DNA of 61,151 nucleotides, filler included, from Platydemus manokwari (taxonomy: Eukaryota), in NCBI GenBank assembly GCA_037951405.1. It is 5 parts of 5 records of this genome, joined end to end, with 100 filler letters (N's around TTAATTAATTAA, not from the genome) between each part and the next. Parts side by side here need not be neighbours in the genome. Positions count along the whole stretch, not along the records: positions 32,601 to 41,433 come from JBBMOY011342538.1; positions 41,534 to 61,151 come from JBBMOY011822500.1; 3 more parts are not named here. One strand, written 5' to 3'. The notes under the pieces are model-generated. The model was not told the origin of the DNA. It worked only from the letters and a program-made list of their open reading frames with translations, and did not search any database. This document shows positions 38,684-52,307 of the stretch, piece after piece. Made by a program: the position numbers and the translations under genes. The stretch's first letter is position 1; every line of letters begins with the position of its first letter.

Positions 38684-39955
38684 TTAATATTGTTCCAATT
38701 TTATATTGATAGGAAATTCAAGTCGTCTTTTCTTTGGTTCATTCATATCTTCAGTGTCACTTATTCTCCTTTTTATATTTCCATTGCTATTCAAATTTTT
38801 TTGCATTTCATTATTAAGTATTTCCGAAGGTCTTATTTCATCGCTGTTAGACACTTTTTCTATAATCTTACCTGTATCTTTGACATGACTCCAAACTTGG
38901 TTATAAGTCATTTGGAATTTTTCGGCGATAACATTGATCTCAATTCCCTCCAAATACATTTCGATTATTTTAAATTTATTTTCTAAATAAATCTTTCGAT
39001 TTTTCTTTAGTAAATCCAATGCGTTTATTTTTCTAAGGTTTTCTAATCTGTTCAATTCTTCTGGTGATTTCTGATTGCTGTTGTCATACACTTGTTCTAT
39101 TATCTTGCTTTTATTATTGATACAACTACAAACTTGCTTATAACTCGTTTGAAAATTTTCGGCGATAACACTCATCTCGATTCCATTATCATACATTTCA
39201 ATGATTTTCAATTTGTTATCTAATGAAATCCTTCGATTTCGCTCTCCTAGATCCGGTCCGACTTTATTTATAATGTTTTCTAATCTATTCATTTCTTCTG
39301 GTGATTTCTGATCAATACTGTTTGACACTTTTTCTAATAATTTACTTTTGATTTTTATCCAATAAGATACATTTTTGTGGAAAGTATTAAATTTATTTGC
39401 AATATCTTGTACCTTGTGTCCTTTTACGTACATTTCAACGGCTTTCAATTTATTATCTAAAGAAATTTTATGTGTTTTCGAAAAATCGGAAATAATTCTT
39501 TTTTTCTTTTGCCTATGTCCATTTACAGTATTTTCTAATTTTTTGATTTCTTCTGGTGATATCTTGTCATTGTGGTTACAAAATGTTTCCAATATTTTAC
39601 TTTTATTATTGACCCAATAATAAACCATATTGAATGATGTATCAAATTTTGTTGCAATAGCTTGCAACGTGAATCCTTCTTGATACATTTCAATAGCTTT
39701 CAATTTAGTAATTATAGAATACATGCGTTTTTTCAATTGAAAATTATTCGTATATCTATCTACATCTGTTTCAATTTTTTCAATATCTTGTGTTATTATG
39801 TCGTTAGTTTCATTAGTCACCTTAGTCGCATTATTGATTAAATGCATATTGTGCTCAGAAGAACTTTCATTTTTTTTCTGTTTCTCGTTTGACTGAATTC
39901 TTTCTTTAGAAATATCATTTGATTCTTTATTTTGTACCGCTGACATACTTTGCAT
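38684..39955 (-). CDS. Intronless protein with four tandem ~78-aa HTH repeats (psq/CENP-B/Brinker-type, transposase-like DNA-binding domain)
   Basis: Intact ORF (ATG 39955; the listed ORF starts at TTG 39988). Repeat consensus R..ISLDNKLKIIEMY..G.....IA.KF.TS...V..W...K.KI.E.V.NS..KSPEE..RLEN; C-terminal PKKRR NLS-like motif. Confidence 0.8.
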   Translation of the reverse strand: MQSMSAVQNKESNDISKERIQSNEKQKKNESSSEHNMHLINNATKVTNETNDIITQDIEKIETDVDRYTNNFQLKKRMYSIITKLKAIEMYQEGFTLQAIATKFDTSFNMVYYWVNNKSKILETFCNHNDKISPEEIKKLENTVNGHRQKKKRIISDFSKTHKISLDNKLKAVEMYVKGHKVQDIANKFNTFHKNVSYWIKIKSKLLEKVSNSIDQKSPEEMNRLENIINKVGPDLGERNRRISLDNKLKIIEMYDNGIEMSVIAENFQTSYKQVCSCINNKSKIIEQVYDNSNQKSPEELNRLENLRKINALDLLKKNRKIYLENKFKIIEMYLEGIEINVIAEKFQMTYNQVWSHVKDTGKIIEKVSNSDEIRPSEILNNEMQKNLNSNGNIKRRISDTEDMNEPKKRRLEFPINIKLEQY

Positions 39956-41335
39956 GATTTTATTGTTTTTAATATAATTAAATTTCAAGATTAAAATAAA
40001 ACAAAAATTAAATTAAAATAATTTTTTTCAAAATACTATTGGTCTAAATTATTTTTAAATTTAAATCTAGAAATAATATTTATTTAATAACATAATGATT
40101 TATTATCATCAATAACAAAATAAAAACAATTTCTATTCCAATACTATTCAATGTCTTTGAAAATATTTTTATACAAACAACACAAGGAAATGCACTTCAA
40201 TAAAACAGTAACAGAGAATGACAATGTTAAAATTCTGAGAGAAATCGAAATATTAAGAGCGTAACTATACTTTTTCCATTTTATTATTTTTCATTTCATT
40301 TTATTCCTTCTTTCTTTTTTGAGTGTTGCTTACCTTTATCTAGTTTTAGACACAAATGATATGATACCGGATTTGAAAAGGACCATGACAAAACCACTCT
40401 TTTTCTAGAAAATATCACCTGTTCGTTTATCGGTCCTCGGGGGAAATAAGAAGTCCAGCACGTGTCTAATGCATCTCGGAATCACTTTAAACCTTTGAAT
40501 TTATGTATGCGGTCTTTTCATAAAATATTCTAATCCACCAATTTTATAAAAATACATTCCTCTATATGGGAAAAGTTTAAATAAAAATAAATCAGGTTAT
40601 TTATATACATTTATAAAAACTATTATTTTGAATTCAGTAAAAATATATGCTTATATTTATATTATAATATAAAAATAAATATGAGTTGAAAACAATTTAA
40701 AGAAATTTAATAAAATAAAATATTTATATTTTTTATATAAATTTATTCATTATAACGCTAATGTATTTACATGAAAATTAAAATTTAATCAAGATGAAAA
40801 TTTTCAATATATTTATATTAATATTACATTAATGAAGCTTTAAATTTTAATTTTTGGTCTGTTGAAGACGATTGGAGCATTAAGTCCATTGAGGTTGGTT
40901 GATCTTAAAAAATTAAATCCAAATTACAAATGACATCAGAGTTATGCTCTGACATGGGCCTATTCATTGTCATCATTGGTTATCCAGATAAGTTGCGTCC
41001 TGGACTACTGATCTTTCCTATTGTCTTCAGTTTTGCCTTATGCGTCGAAAAATGATGAGAAGATTTTGACAACTTCGGGAAACCGATTAAGCTAGAAAAA
41101 TTTACACTTTTCGGACACTGGAGTCCAAATCTGTGCCTGAAGAGTGAGATAACAGCCATTTTTAATGTAACGTCAGTGAAGTTGGAATTTTCCTCTAATC
41201 CCCCTAAATATTAAATATAAATTATATATTATATCCTCTAAAAATGTATTGTTTTAAGGAATATTAAATTAACACAAAGATTGACAAATGTTTTTGCTTA
41301 TTTGAGTAAGAAACGACAGTTTATCGCCACAAAAC

Positions 41336-41433
41336 TATTAGGTGTATTAGTATGAGTCCGGCTTTTATAAAAATGAGTTAAAATTTGTATTTCAATGAAT
41401 AAATTTAATTGTTATCATTTATTAATTGTAAGG
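41336..41433 (+). mobile_element. Mos1-like mariner end abutting a gap
   Basis: TA+TTAGGTGTATTAGTATGAG resembles the Mos1 TIR; truncated by an N gap. Confidence 0.55.
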
Positions 41434-42699
41434 NNNNNNNNNNNNNNNNNNNNNNNNNNNNNNNNNNNNNNNNNNNNTTAATTAATTAANNNNNNNNNNN
41501 NNNNNNNNNNNNNNNNNNNNNNNNNNNNNNNNNAAAAAAACGAACTTAAAAGAAAAAGCAATAAATTATGTATTCAAATACAATTTTCTAAACAAATAAA
41601 TATAATTTTAAATAATTAAAAAGAGTTTGCTTCTATTAAAATTTATTTATTTGAAAGTCATACGCGTTTCTTTTAATATTAAAACAAAACTCATTTTTAT
41701 CTAACTAAATAATAAAAAAATATAATAATAACAATAATAATAATGATAATAATAATGATAAATATTATCTGCTATAATTTCATCAGAGAAGAATTGAAAA
41801 ACGAATGAAGAAACTCAGCCTAAAAGGATATCTAGTCAAAATATTTGAACAAATTATTTAAGATATTTGTATTTTATTTTATTTTTTTAATATATTTTAT
41901 TAATTATTATTATATTATAAATTTATTATATTTATATATCTTATATTTTATTTAAAATGATTAAACAATATTTATCAAAACCTTAAAATCCTCACAATAA
42001 AAATGATGAAAATTATCAAGATATGCATCACTGTCACTACTAATACTTGATTAATTTCAAGACTGGTATAAACATAATCAATCGATAAATATTTAAATAC
42101 ATAACAAGATCCATCACAATGTAGAAAAATTCGAAGCAAATATCTATTTTAATTTTTCTGAATTTTAAAATTACATGGGTGTAAATTTTAAGCTTCTCCT
42201 AAAGGTTATGATAAAACTCAAACGTTGATGATAATCCAAAGGACCTACAAATAATTTGGGTGGATTAATTTAACTTCCAAATTAAAACAAAGAACCGTAT
42301 ATCGATTAACATTTATTTATATCACGTTTCCAACCTTACATAAATAAATGTCAACAACTGAAGATCACAGTACGCAGTTCTCAATCAAATCTGAACCAAT
42401 TGTTATTGCGCTTCTAGTGTTCTGAATTTACTACCGACATTTGGTAGCATTTTTAATTAGCTAACAAGCCCACCGGTAATCAAGGAGTTTCTTTACATTC
42501 TTATCTTATCATGGAAAGACATTAACAGTTCGTGGATTTGTATGGTTCTTTTAATCAGTCTCACTCGGTTAATGATGATAAACAATACTCCATATGATTA
42601 ATATATAAACCAATTCTAGTGCATGTAAACGTGCATGTTGATATAGGAATGATATAAATGGTACAAATTTTTTGTTTAGCAAACATCTGGCTGAAATTC

Positions 42700-43624
42700 G
42701 GCTAAATTATTCTTTCGAATTGACATATACAGTAATATTCCCCAGACAATGCAACACCACTAGATAATACACAATTTCTTTATTGGGCGTGAAACACGGG
42801 GAAATAAAAAAATGGATGTGTATTTATATTAGACAAACCCGACAGGATGAATCAATAATTTAGGATTTGTCAAATGGGCGTAAATCCACAATAAAAAACT
42901 AAAAATAGATCTCTCCAATTCTTGTCTTGTATCGTTTCGATGTCACTAGAACACAGAATTTCTGTACTATTTAAAAAAACATCAGAAGACAGAAGTCGCC
43001 ACTATTTCGGGTGGCATGATATCGATTCTGCAGTCAAAAGATGTTGATGTTAACCGTCTATTTAAGGCAATGTTTCTTGCAAAATTGAAAGGGTGGATAC
43101 GCAATGGGTATGGCCGCACTCGCGCTCCTAATCTGCGGCTGATGTGCAATAGATCATCGAAACCTAGCGAGAATATATTGAATGTTGTTGAATACATTGT
43201 TGTATCCTCAATGCAATAGGTGGATCTGAAGACGACATACTTTGGGAAGAATCCACTGACAGCCATAATATCGTTTCAGCCGATGTCTATTTGGAAATAG
43301 ATGATCACTCTAAACACTCGGACAATGAACTTTACCATGCCGTTGATGTGCCTACTGATATAAATCGTCTGTTGGAGATCTCTGAAATTGAAATAGATTT
43401 TTTTGAATTAAAATAAATCGTGAAATGTGTATTTGTTTTGCCAATATATTATGTTGTTGGCCGATCATAATAGTTCATGTAAATTTTGCTAGGTGCGCTG
43501 GGGTAGTGTCAATATGACAGTAAAAAATAAAATTAAAAAACTTGTGATCATATACAATGCGCTGCAAGATTTTGGGTCTCCAGGACTGGCAAGAAGAGCG
43601 CATTATCTAGGGAATAATACGGTA
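42700..43624 (+). mobile_element. pogo-family (DDE_1) transposase remnant with right terminus
   Basis: ISGGMISILQSKDVDVNRLFKA (IPGG.TS.LQP.DV.VN.PFK motif), CCILNAIGGSEDDILWEE; ends AATAATACGGTA at 43624. Confidence 0.85.
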
Positions 43625-45339
43625 TCCATGATTAGTTGTAATACGACGTCTGAAAATGCTATAACATTGAAAGTTATTGATGAATGAACTCTGTTTTTGA
43701 ATTGAATATATTAACGAATTACCACATTAAACCATCCGAGAAGCTAATTATATTCAATGTGTTAATTATATATAGCAACTGGACTCTGTTTTTGATTATA
43801 TTATAATTATATTCATTAGATTTATACTATATTTATTTATTCAATTAAGAACTAATTTAGTTAATTACTTAATAAATTCTTATTTATTTTACTGGAATAA
43901 CCGGAATTTGATAAATTTTGTGCGTAATAATTAGTAACTTCTCTTATTTTATAAATCAAGCATTGAAAACTATTGGAAAATGAAATACTGATCAAATTAT
44001 ATTTAACTAAATTATTTAAACCAATTAATATTATTTAATATAAAATCTCAATGAAATCTTTAAAAATTTAATTTATTTTAAAATCCTTAGTATAATGAAA
44101 ATATAATTCATCAATATGCATTGATCAGATAGATATACAAATCACAGAAAATCGAATCAATGAATTCCAAGTTTTTATTTACATTTCTAAAGTATGATGC
44201 TAAACAACACTTAATCTCAATGCGAGTTATTATTGAATTTTTATCGAACATGTTGAGAAAAGGATTTCGTTTCAAGCGGATTTTAAATCGAATTAAAAAT
44301 TTCCCAACGAAGCCTTTAATCTGGTGTTTTCTATGAAATCCAATTATTATCAATTATTTCAGTTTTCAATGAAAAATTGTTGTACTGTGAAAAGAATTCT
44401 GTCTTGTTTTTTTTGCTCCGTTCTTTCATTGTTGATTTTTTTGTCAAAATTTTTGTCAATACACCGAAAAACGTTTTGCTCATGATCACATCTTCATCTT
44501 TAAGCATCGTGAATTGTTGATATATAATGGACAGACTAATTAATTTTTATAAGCCTTTAATGCAACTCAAAATTGATCGAGTGAATTTTGATTGGTTGAA
44601 AATTCAAAAATTTGTTTGAAGATTGATACATCAGATGAATGAGTGAATAACTCTACAAGCGGCATTATATAAACAAAACAATAATTATAGCATCTTCTAT
44701 AGAGCGCTCATTAAAACATTAAAATCAAACTCAATAAATGATTTATATCATAGATGATTGAGATATATTTCGATTTTTATGTATTTCAAATTGATGCTAA
44801 TAGTCACAGCACTATTATGTGTTCATGATTAATAGGAGCATTCCTTTGTGTTATTTATATATTTGATGGAGTACTATCCAAACTTAACACGTTCTTATTT
44901 CTTATCTGACACCTTTTCTGAAGAAATGGACTCACATTGACATTCAGAAATCATTTTCTGTTTAATAATATATATGTTTTCATTAAAGTTTTTACGCAAC
45001 ATATACGGTACAATCCCCAATCTCGAGTTCCTTACAAAATTTAAAAGTGAGAACTAAATACCGTCAATTCTGCTGAATTATAAATTGGAAATTTTCTCAT
45101 GCTTGTATCACAATATTCCGTAATAGATACCGTTCATTTACCGTTCAAACATAATCGTCCTAGTTTACTATACAATACCCTAGTTTGCCATTTCACAATC
45201 TTACCTTGTTTTCTAAGTTTGATTGAAAAGGAAAATCTACCGATTTGAACGCAGTATTTATGGTTGTTACGACACAGTCTTACCTTACACAATCTTTTAA
45301 ATCAAAATTAGTTGTTTTATTAATTCCATATTTTCCGAG

Positions 45340-46500
45340 AAAATTTGGTGGGATCACTCACCCTGCTACTATGCTATGTATATAAAAGTTCCAACCATCT
45401 AACTAATATAGCACACATCCACCTACAATGCCATGTATATAAAAAACTCCACATAACTAATATTAAAAAAGTCACACAACAAACCCACCAGTTACATAAC
45501 ATAATTCTTGACTATGGATATGGCAGAATAAAGTGAGAATGAAGCGGAGAATCGGAAAGAACAGTAGAGCAATGCAAATATTAGTTCTCTGAATCTGCAA
45601 ATATCAAAAACTGTTAACACTCAATTTTATGAGTCAAAAATTGAACTTTTTTTGAAACAATAGTTGTATGGTTATGTGTTGATTTTATCTTGCTGATTAT
45701 TAGTGTTTTTGATGATACTCAAACAGTGATTTTGTGATCATATATTGTAGATAATAATGGCACAGAGTTATTATATTAATTTATTTTTATTTTTATTGTT
45801 TATGTAAAAGGGGAAAAAGGGATATAATTTTGACAAAAATTATATTAATAAAATAAGTATTAAATATAAAAATTAATTGAAATTAAAGTAAAAATAATAA
45901 GGAAAATAAATATGCAATTATTCCGAAAAAATACATGAAGATGTCATATGGCCGTAAGATGAACAATATAAATAATTTGAAAGTAGATAGCAGATCACCA
46001 CTTCAACGAACAAATTAGAAAAAACACACAATCTAAAGCACGACTTCGAATCACAACATTAGCTCACAATTTTTGAAGTCATTCAAGTTTAGAATGCCAC
46101 TATCATCTCAATCCACTCATTTTCGGTTTTGCGTTCTAGACGACTTCGAATTTCTGGAGGAATATAATTTAAGCGAGGAAATAATTTATATTTGATTACT
46201 AAGGATTATTCACTCGAGAGGAGAATGGGATTCTTTACTTGATTATTCATGTATCATCACATCTGTATCCTTAATATAGGATTTTAAATTATCGTATTGA
46301 TAATTATAAACTTAACAAAACCTAGTTTATTGTCGAAAATTATATTTCTTTTATTATTGCCCTCTACTCCGTCCGCTTCGGATTTCTCAACTACTCGCTT
46401 TCGCAACCTGTTAAACATTGAATTCGATTTTTTCTTTGTATTATGCTGTTTTTTGACTTTTATTTTTCGTAAATAATTTTTTTAATAACTATAGCCCTTT
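45340..46500 (+). repeat. Diverged dispersed repeat related to ~54000-55500
   Basis: Collinear shared blocks: CA-rich head, GAAGCGGA...GAACAGT, ATCACCAC...CGAATCACAAC, CGTCCG...CGGATTTC. Confidence 0.45.
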
Positions 46501-46999
46501 GACAGACTACATATGATAAATATGCATATTGGAATTGCGAAAACTTGTCTAACTCTAAATAATTAATTTATAATTTCAGCGGATTGGTACTCAGTCATTT
46601 AATCGATAATTAAATTAAAATATAATTTTGTTTTAATAGCCTTCAGATTAATTCAGCAATAATGGAATCACCAATAGCGTAGTCTTCATACCCGTTATTA
46701 AAGCCTCTTAAGAATCAATGCTAGATTAAAGCGAAATCAATTTTTAATGGACAACAGACGAGTAACACAAATAAATCGATAAATCAACAGTAAATCAATA
46801 AATAAACCAACTATAAACATTTTATTTAATAAATTTATTAAATTCGGAGACATTTAGTACAAAAAACCTTTTTCGAAGTACTTCATCCATTTTTAAAAAC
46901 AATTTATACCTGTTTTAAGTGAAAGCGTAATGATATTTCTTTTTCATTTACGTTTATTACATTTCTAATTTGATCTGCTATTTTACATTTTACTAAATA

Positions 47000-49600
47000 T
47001 ATTTACTAAATATCGAGAAATGGATTACTTGATTTACTTCTTTAATATATCAATAATCCGGAGGAACATTATTAGATGGGAAACAATATATATATATATT
47101 TGTTCTTTCTCCAGACACAGCTTCCATCATTTATGGAACATTCAACATTTATATATTTTTATATTTATAAATTTTATATTTCCTTTTGTAACATTTTAAT
47201 ATTGCTTTATCAGTCTATTTTTATATTTTATATTGAGTTTTTATTATTACTATCCACTTGGATGACATCATTAATTTTTTTCGTGTTCTTTCATTTATAT
47301 CATGAATTTTTAGTGCATCATGTGGAATTTTGTTTATTGTATAAACAGAATTGTAAACACTCATTGACATTAAACCAATCTCATATTCAAATCTTTCATC
47401 TAAGTTTAAAGGAACTGGAAACTAAATCTCGATTCTGATTGTTTACTAGTAGATATTATTACTGTGCTTTATATTTTTTTAGAAATAATATTTTTCAATT
47501 CATACAAATTTCTTATAACGGAATTCCGCTCATTTTTTATAATATTTTTTTAATAGACAATTTGTTTATCATATGTAAGTAAAGTCCTACACCTTTAATC
47601 TGTTTTAGAAAAAGTACTTTTCTGGTATTTTTTGTTAAATCCTACAAAGCACTGCCTTCATAAAGATAAAAATGAACGCCATCTCCTTTATTTCCTGTAT
47701 TTTCTTCGTTTATTTTATAAGTTCTTAAGTCTGTTTTCTTAGCGATTTTTGCCAGGTTTACTGAAATTTATATTCCTCCAACTACTCCAGCAGCGTCACC
47801 AAAACCTGCTTTTATTGCTGGTAGCAATTTTAATAAAGGAAAAACATCAGCTTCTTATTGTGTTTTATAATCTTCTTTATTATCAATGAAGTTTTTCAGT
47901 TTATTATCTATTTATTGGTATGAATATTTTCTCCATTATAATCAAATGATTAATGTTTTTGTTCTTAACTATTAGTTTTAAAAGATATTAATTGTTACTC
48001 ATTTTTTAATAAAAAATATCGACCTTTATCATAAATAATATACATTCCCCCCTTTCATTAATATTTCAACAGCCTTTTCTCCTAGTATACAACAATAAAC
48101 TTTACGTTCTAAATCATAATTTTTTCCAATTTCTATATTTATTTCACATCCATTTCTTATTAATGTTTGAGCATTAACATAAAAAGAAATATAAAGTATA
48201 ACTTTGGAAAATCTAGCAAATTTAATTGTGGTTTGTTTCTAAATCGTCTAAGTTGAATAGGGTTTTTTGGAATTAAAGTTAATTCCGCCGTACAAAATTT
48301 TAATGACTCACTAGTTAATTTTCCTTTACTTTTTATTCCGTAAAATATTTTCTTGTCTTCTATATTTCTATTTAAAGTTAACCTAATCATCACTAGATAT
48401 GATGATTTTTTATAAAAATCCCAATAATTGTTTTTAAGGACATATTCCTGTGAATGTGCTTTCAAATTATAGAAAACTTTCCTTTTAAAACGTCTTATTG
48501 TCTTAATTTGGATCTTCGTAAGTTTCTTAGGTATCCGACTTATTAATTTTCCGATTTCTTAATCAGGTTTTTCTAATAATATAAAATTCATTAAGCTAAA
48601 TACTTCTCCAACACTTTCAATATTTTGAATTTCATGAGTTCCTAATGTTAATCTAATAGAGTAAAATAAATTTTATGATCAACATTATTTACTTTCTTTA
48701 ATTCAATTTCAATTTCATATCTTAGGAAATTATTACAAATATCTACAGAATTCGAGTTTTATTGAGATTCAAAAACAATATCAATGGATTTATTTAAATT
48801 AGTTGCTGTTGTTGCTAATTGATCTTCTAAAAAATCATCTTTTTAAATTCTATTCTCACATTTATAATGGTTTCGATCCGTTTAGCTAATTTTTTTTATA
48901 AAACAATATAAGAAAAATATTTTTGAGGATTTTATTTTTTCTGGTTTCTGGTATCCATCCTATTTTACTTAATTTTATTAAAATATCATTTATTGAAATA
49001 TAAATATTGTTATGTTCTCCTTTCCTAGCTACTAATTAATTTTCTTAATTCATAAGATTGGATTATCATTATTATTCTGCAAACCTTTTCCTGATTTGTG
49101 CTTGATTTCTTCGATTTTAATATTTTTTTCTCCTTTTTGTAGTAGATCTTGTAAATATTTTATATATTTACATCTTATAAAATTAGATAAATTCGTCAAA
49201 TTTGTTTTCCTTATCATTTTAATATATGTTTTAATGTCTCTTAGTTTTATTGGCGTTTAAATTCCCAAAAATAATGTTCAATAATTTATCAGCAATTTCA
49301 AATTTGGATTCATCATCATCAAATACAAAATATATTTTATCTATTATTTTTTTGATCAAATATTCTGTAAAATTTATTTTTAATATTTGATAAATCCTTA
49401 ATAGCTAATCTTGTTTTATTTCTATTGTCAGATTGTAACAGATTTTACAGATAATTGAAGAGTAAATAGAAATTCAATATATCGCGGTTTTATCTGGTTA
49501 TATAATTTTTAAAATATATCTGATTAATTCGAAATTTATATTTTCTTGTTTATTTTGATTAACTTTAAATTTTTTCCCCTTCTATTGTTAATTGTTGCTT
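47000..49600 (-). mobile_element. Highly decayed Polinton-like structural/accessory gene region
   Basis: Broken K/I/N-rich frames including FPLLKLLPAIKAGFGDAAGVVGGI and GKGL motifs, reminiscent of Polinton accessory proteins. Confidence 0.4.
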
Positions 49601-49619
49601 ATTCTGATTATGAATGTTT

Positions 49620-50280
49620 TAGAAAATTCAGCGATACTTTGAAATTTTAGAATATTGATTGAATCCTACTAGTCTGTTGCTGTGTAGTATTTAGTGTGAC
49701 ATTTTAAAGATAATTCACTTAGTATAACCTCGTTGAAAGATCTGTAATTTAAATAGATATGATTAAAATCAGAAAAATGGCGATTCCTCAACGATCTGAT
49801 CCAAATCAGAATAATAGGTTGCGTGTATAAATCGGATAATAAAATAATAATGATAGAGCAATAAAATAATGAGGAAATGATATTATTACTTTTATTATAA
49901 TATAAAATTATCAGATGTGTGATGCTAGGATTTTAAAAGAGATTAGTGTTGTGCCCTGAAGATGATGAAGAGAAATAGGTGCCGCCTTACTTTAGACAAT
50001 AAATTAGGGAAATGAATTTAAATGTTGCAAACCCTTTCGGCTTAATAAGTTGGTTCTTAGCCTTGCAAATTTCATCGAGCTTTGCAAAGGGGATGATTGA
50101 GTTTAAGTTAATAAAATTTACCATTGGCATAAAATGATCCGAATTGAATGAATCAAAGGGGCTTGAATTTGATCGATAAATATAATGACTGTTAATGCTA
50201 GTCCGAAGATTGGGTGATGAGGTCTTAAAGCTTGATGGGTGAAGAATATCCCGAATATTGATGAAGATAATTGAAAAAAT
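49620..50280 (+). repeat. Dispersed repeat, copy A (LTR-like); copy B at ~56340-56960
   Basis: Collinear blocks GAATCCTACTAG, GTGTGAC, ATATGATTAAAA, GATCTGAT..AAATCAGAATA.TAGGTTGCGTGTA, CTGAAGATGA, TAGGTGCC, TTTACCATTGG. Confidence 0.85.
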
Positions 50281-52307
50281 TTCCGTTGGATGAATATTTT
50301 CCCAAGGAGAATGCTGTTCGCGTACTGAGCGAGGTTGAATTTGAACATAGAATTCTGTTAACCAGTTTTCGTGCAGAATTTTATACGCTGACGTTTTGTG
50401 CAGAAATTATTGTACATTTTCTCAATTTTGTGCTGGGTTTATATACCCAGATTTTTTCTGGGAGTGAATTAATTTTCTATAATGATTTCCACAATTATTT
50501 ATTAATTTTCCATGGTGATTTAACGCTACTAATGCTTTCACCTTATCAATATATTAATCACCATGATAACGTGAATTAAATTTTAAAATTACTATAAAAC
50601 GCGAATTTTTAAATTTCCCGAATTAATTTTTAGACTTGATTATTCATCTTATTAATGTGGGTTGGAATGTGGGTTGAATATATCCAACAGTATTGATTTT
50701 CTTCAGCCTCCTTATTTAAACTATTTTTTAAAATTATTTCATTCCCAATTCATCTATTCTTTTATTAATGTCAAAACTGTTGGGTTCCTAAATAATTGGA
50801 TGTTGTAGTCGATATTTTCGTCAACACGTACTAATCAGTACGATTCAAGCGTCTCTTAAACTCCCTAAAATATCGTTAAACAAATTTATTTAAAAATTGG
50901 CTTCCAACTAACAGTTGGCCATCTTTACATCGTTATTTATGCTCGAGATTTGTCTGTAATTTTTTATATTTTTCATTTTTTTTCTTACTGGTGTCTCGTG
51001 GAGAACCTAAGGGTTATTGAAAAATTTATTTTTCAAGTTATGTGCTCAAACACTGAGGGCCCCTATATCTATCATAGATTACGTGTCGTCATCCGATCAT
51101 TCTATCATTATTAATCATTCTGTTTTATAATGCTTGTATATGAGTAACTAAATAAGAAATTCGATGGAATCTAAACTGAGACCCAATAATTTATTGACTT
51201 GACTATTTTAAATAAAGTATGGACACAAAGACTGACTTCGGTGTTTCCTAAATTAATTTTTCAACAGGTTGATCAATTCCTAGGGCAATGAAAAATTGTA
51301 ATTTGTTTATAAGCATTACAGTTTCTATCGTTTCTTGTGTACTTATTAGTTATCTAAAATAAGTTAAGGAATTAATGAATTCGTTTGTTGTGTAAATTTT
51401 AGAATTAACACAAATATATTAAAGTTCTTTAAAATGTAGAAAACCACGTGGATGATTTTTGAAAAATAGCTTTCAATGGTGTCAGGAATCAATTACACAT
51501 AGCATACCTCTAACAATTCTAATAATAGATACAGCTTAATCACTCTTTTAATCGCTTTGGTTATTTAGATTTATTATTAGATGGTTTATTTTTAACACCT
51601 ACATGAATAGATTGTTGATTTTAGAATTTACTTTGGTTAAATTTCTCTCTAATCTGAGATACAGGCAATGCATATTTATAGTCATATTACAATTATTTTA
51701 AATAAATATGTTAGACTATAGTTTCTTCTAATTCGACTTTATCTTTCAGAACCTTGGGCTAATAAAATAACAATTTACGAAATAATATTCAAGTTTCTTC
51801 TGGTTTATATATTTATTTATGCTGGTCAGCAACAACTTCACGTGTGCTATCAGTTTTGTTAAAACTTATAAATCTACAAGCAAATTACACAATACCAGAT
51901 TTTAAATTAGTAACATTTCCTGATATAATATATAATTTTCATTTTTAAATAATTATGTTCTAATTTGATTGGATTTATACATAAAATATTACATTTGTTT
52001 TTCTAAAATTATATTTGGATTTTAATAATAATAATGACGATATGTGCATTTTAAAATATGAATATGTTAAATCCAAATGATGATATATATATATAAATAA
52101 TTATCTATTCTAATATATAATTATTAAAATCTTTGTTCAGTAAAATTAATGTAGTTTAGGATTAAACTTGTTTAAACTGGTCAATTTGTTCTTCTTATAC
52201 ATTAGTAATTTTGAATTTTAATTTCGGATGTCCTTATATTTATATTAAAATTAATTAATTTAATTACGTAATTCTGAAATTTACCCAATATTTAAAACAT
52301 TTATTCA

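Noticed and set aside
44700-45300. Claudin-like WGLYRICC frame (-) and a TGA-only frame (+)
   Set aside because: No consistent splice model; the region has a pogo-like ATATACGGTA end and short internal repeats, so it is probably TE-derived.
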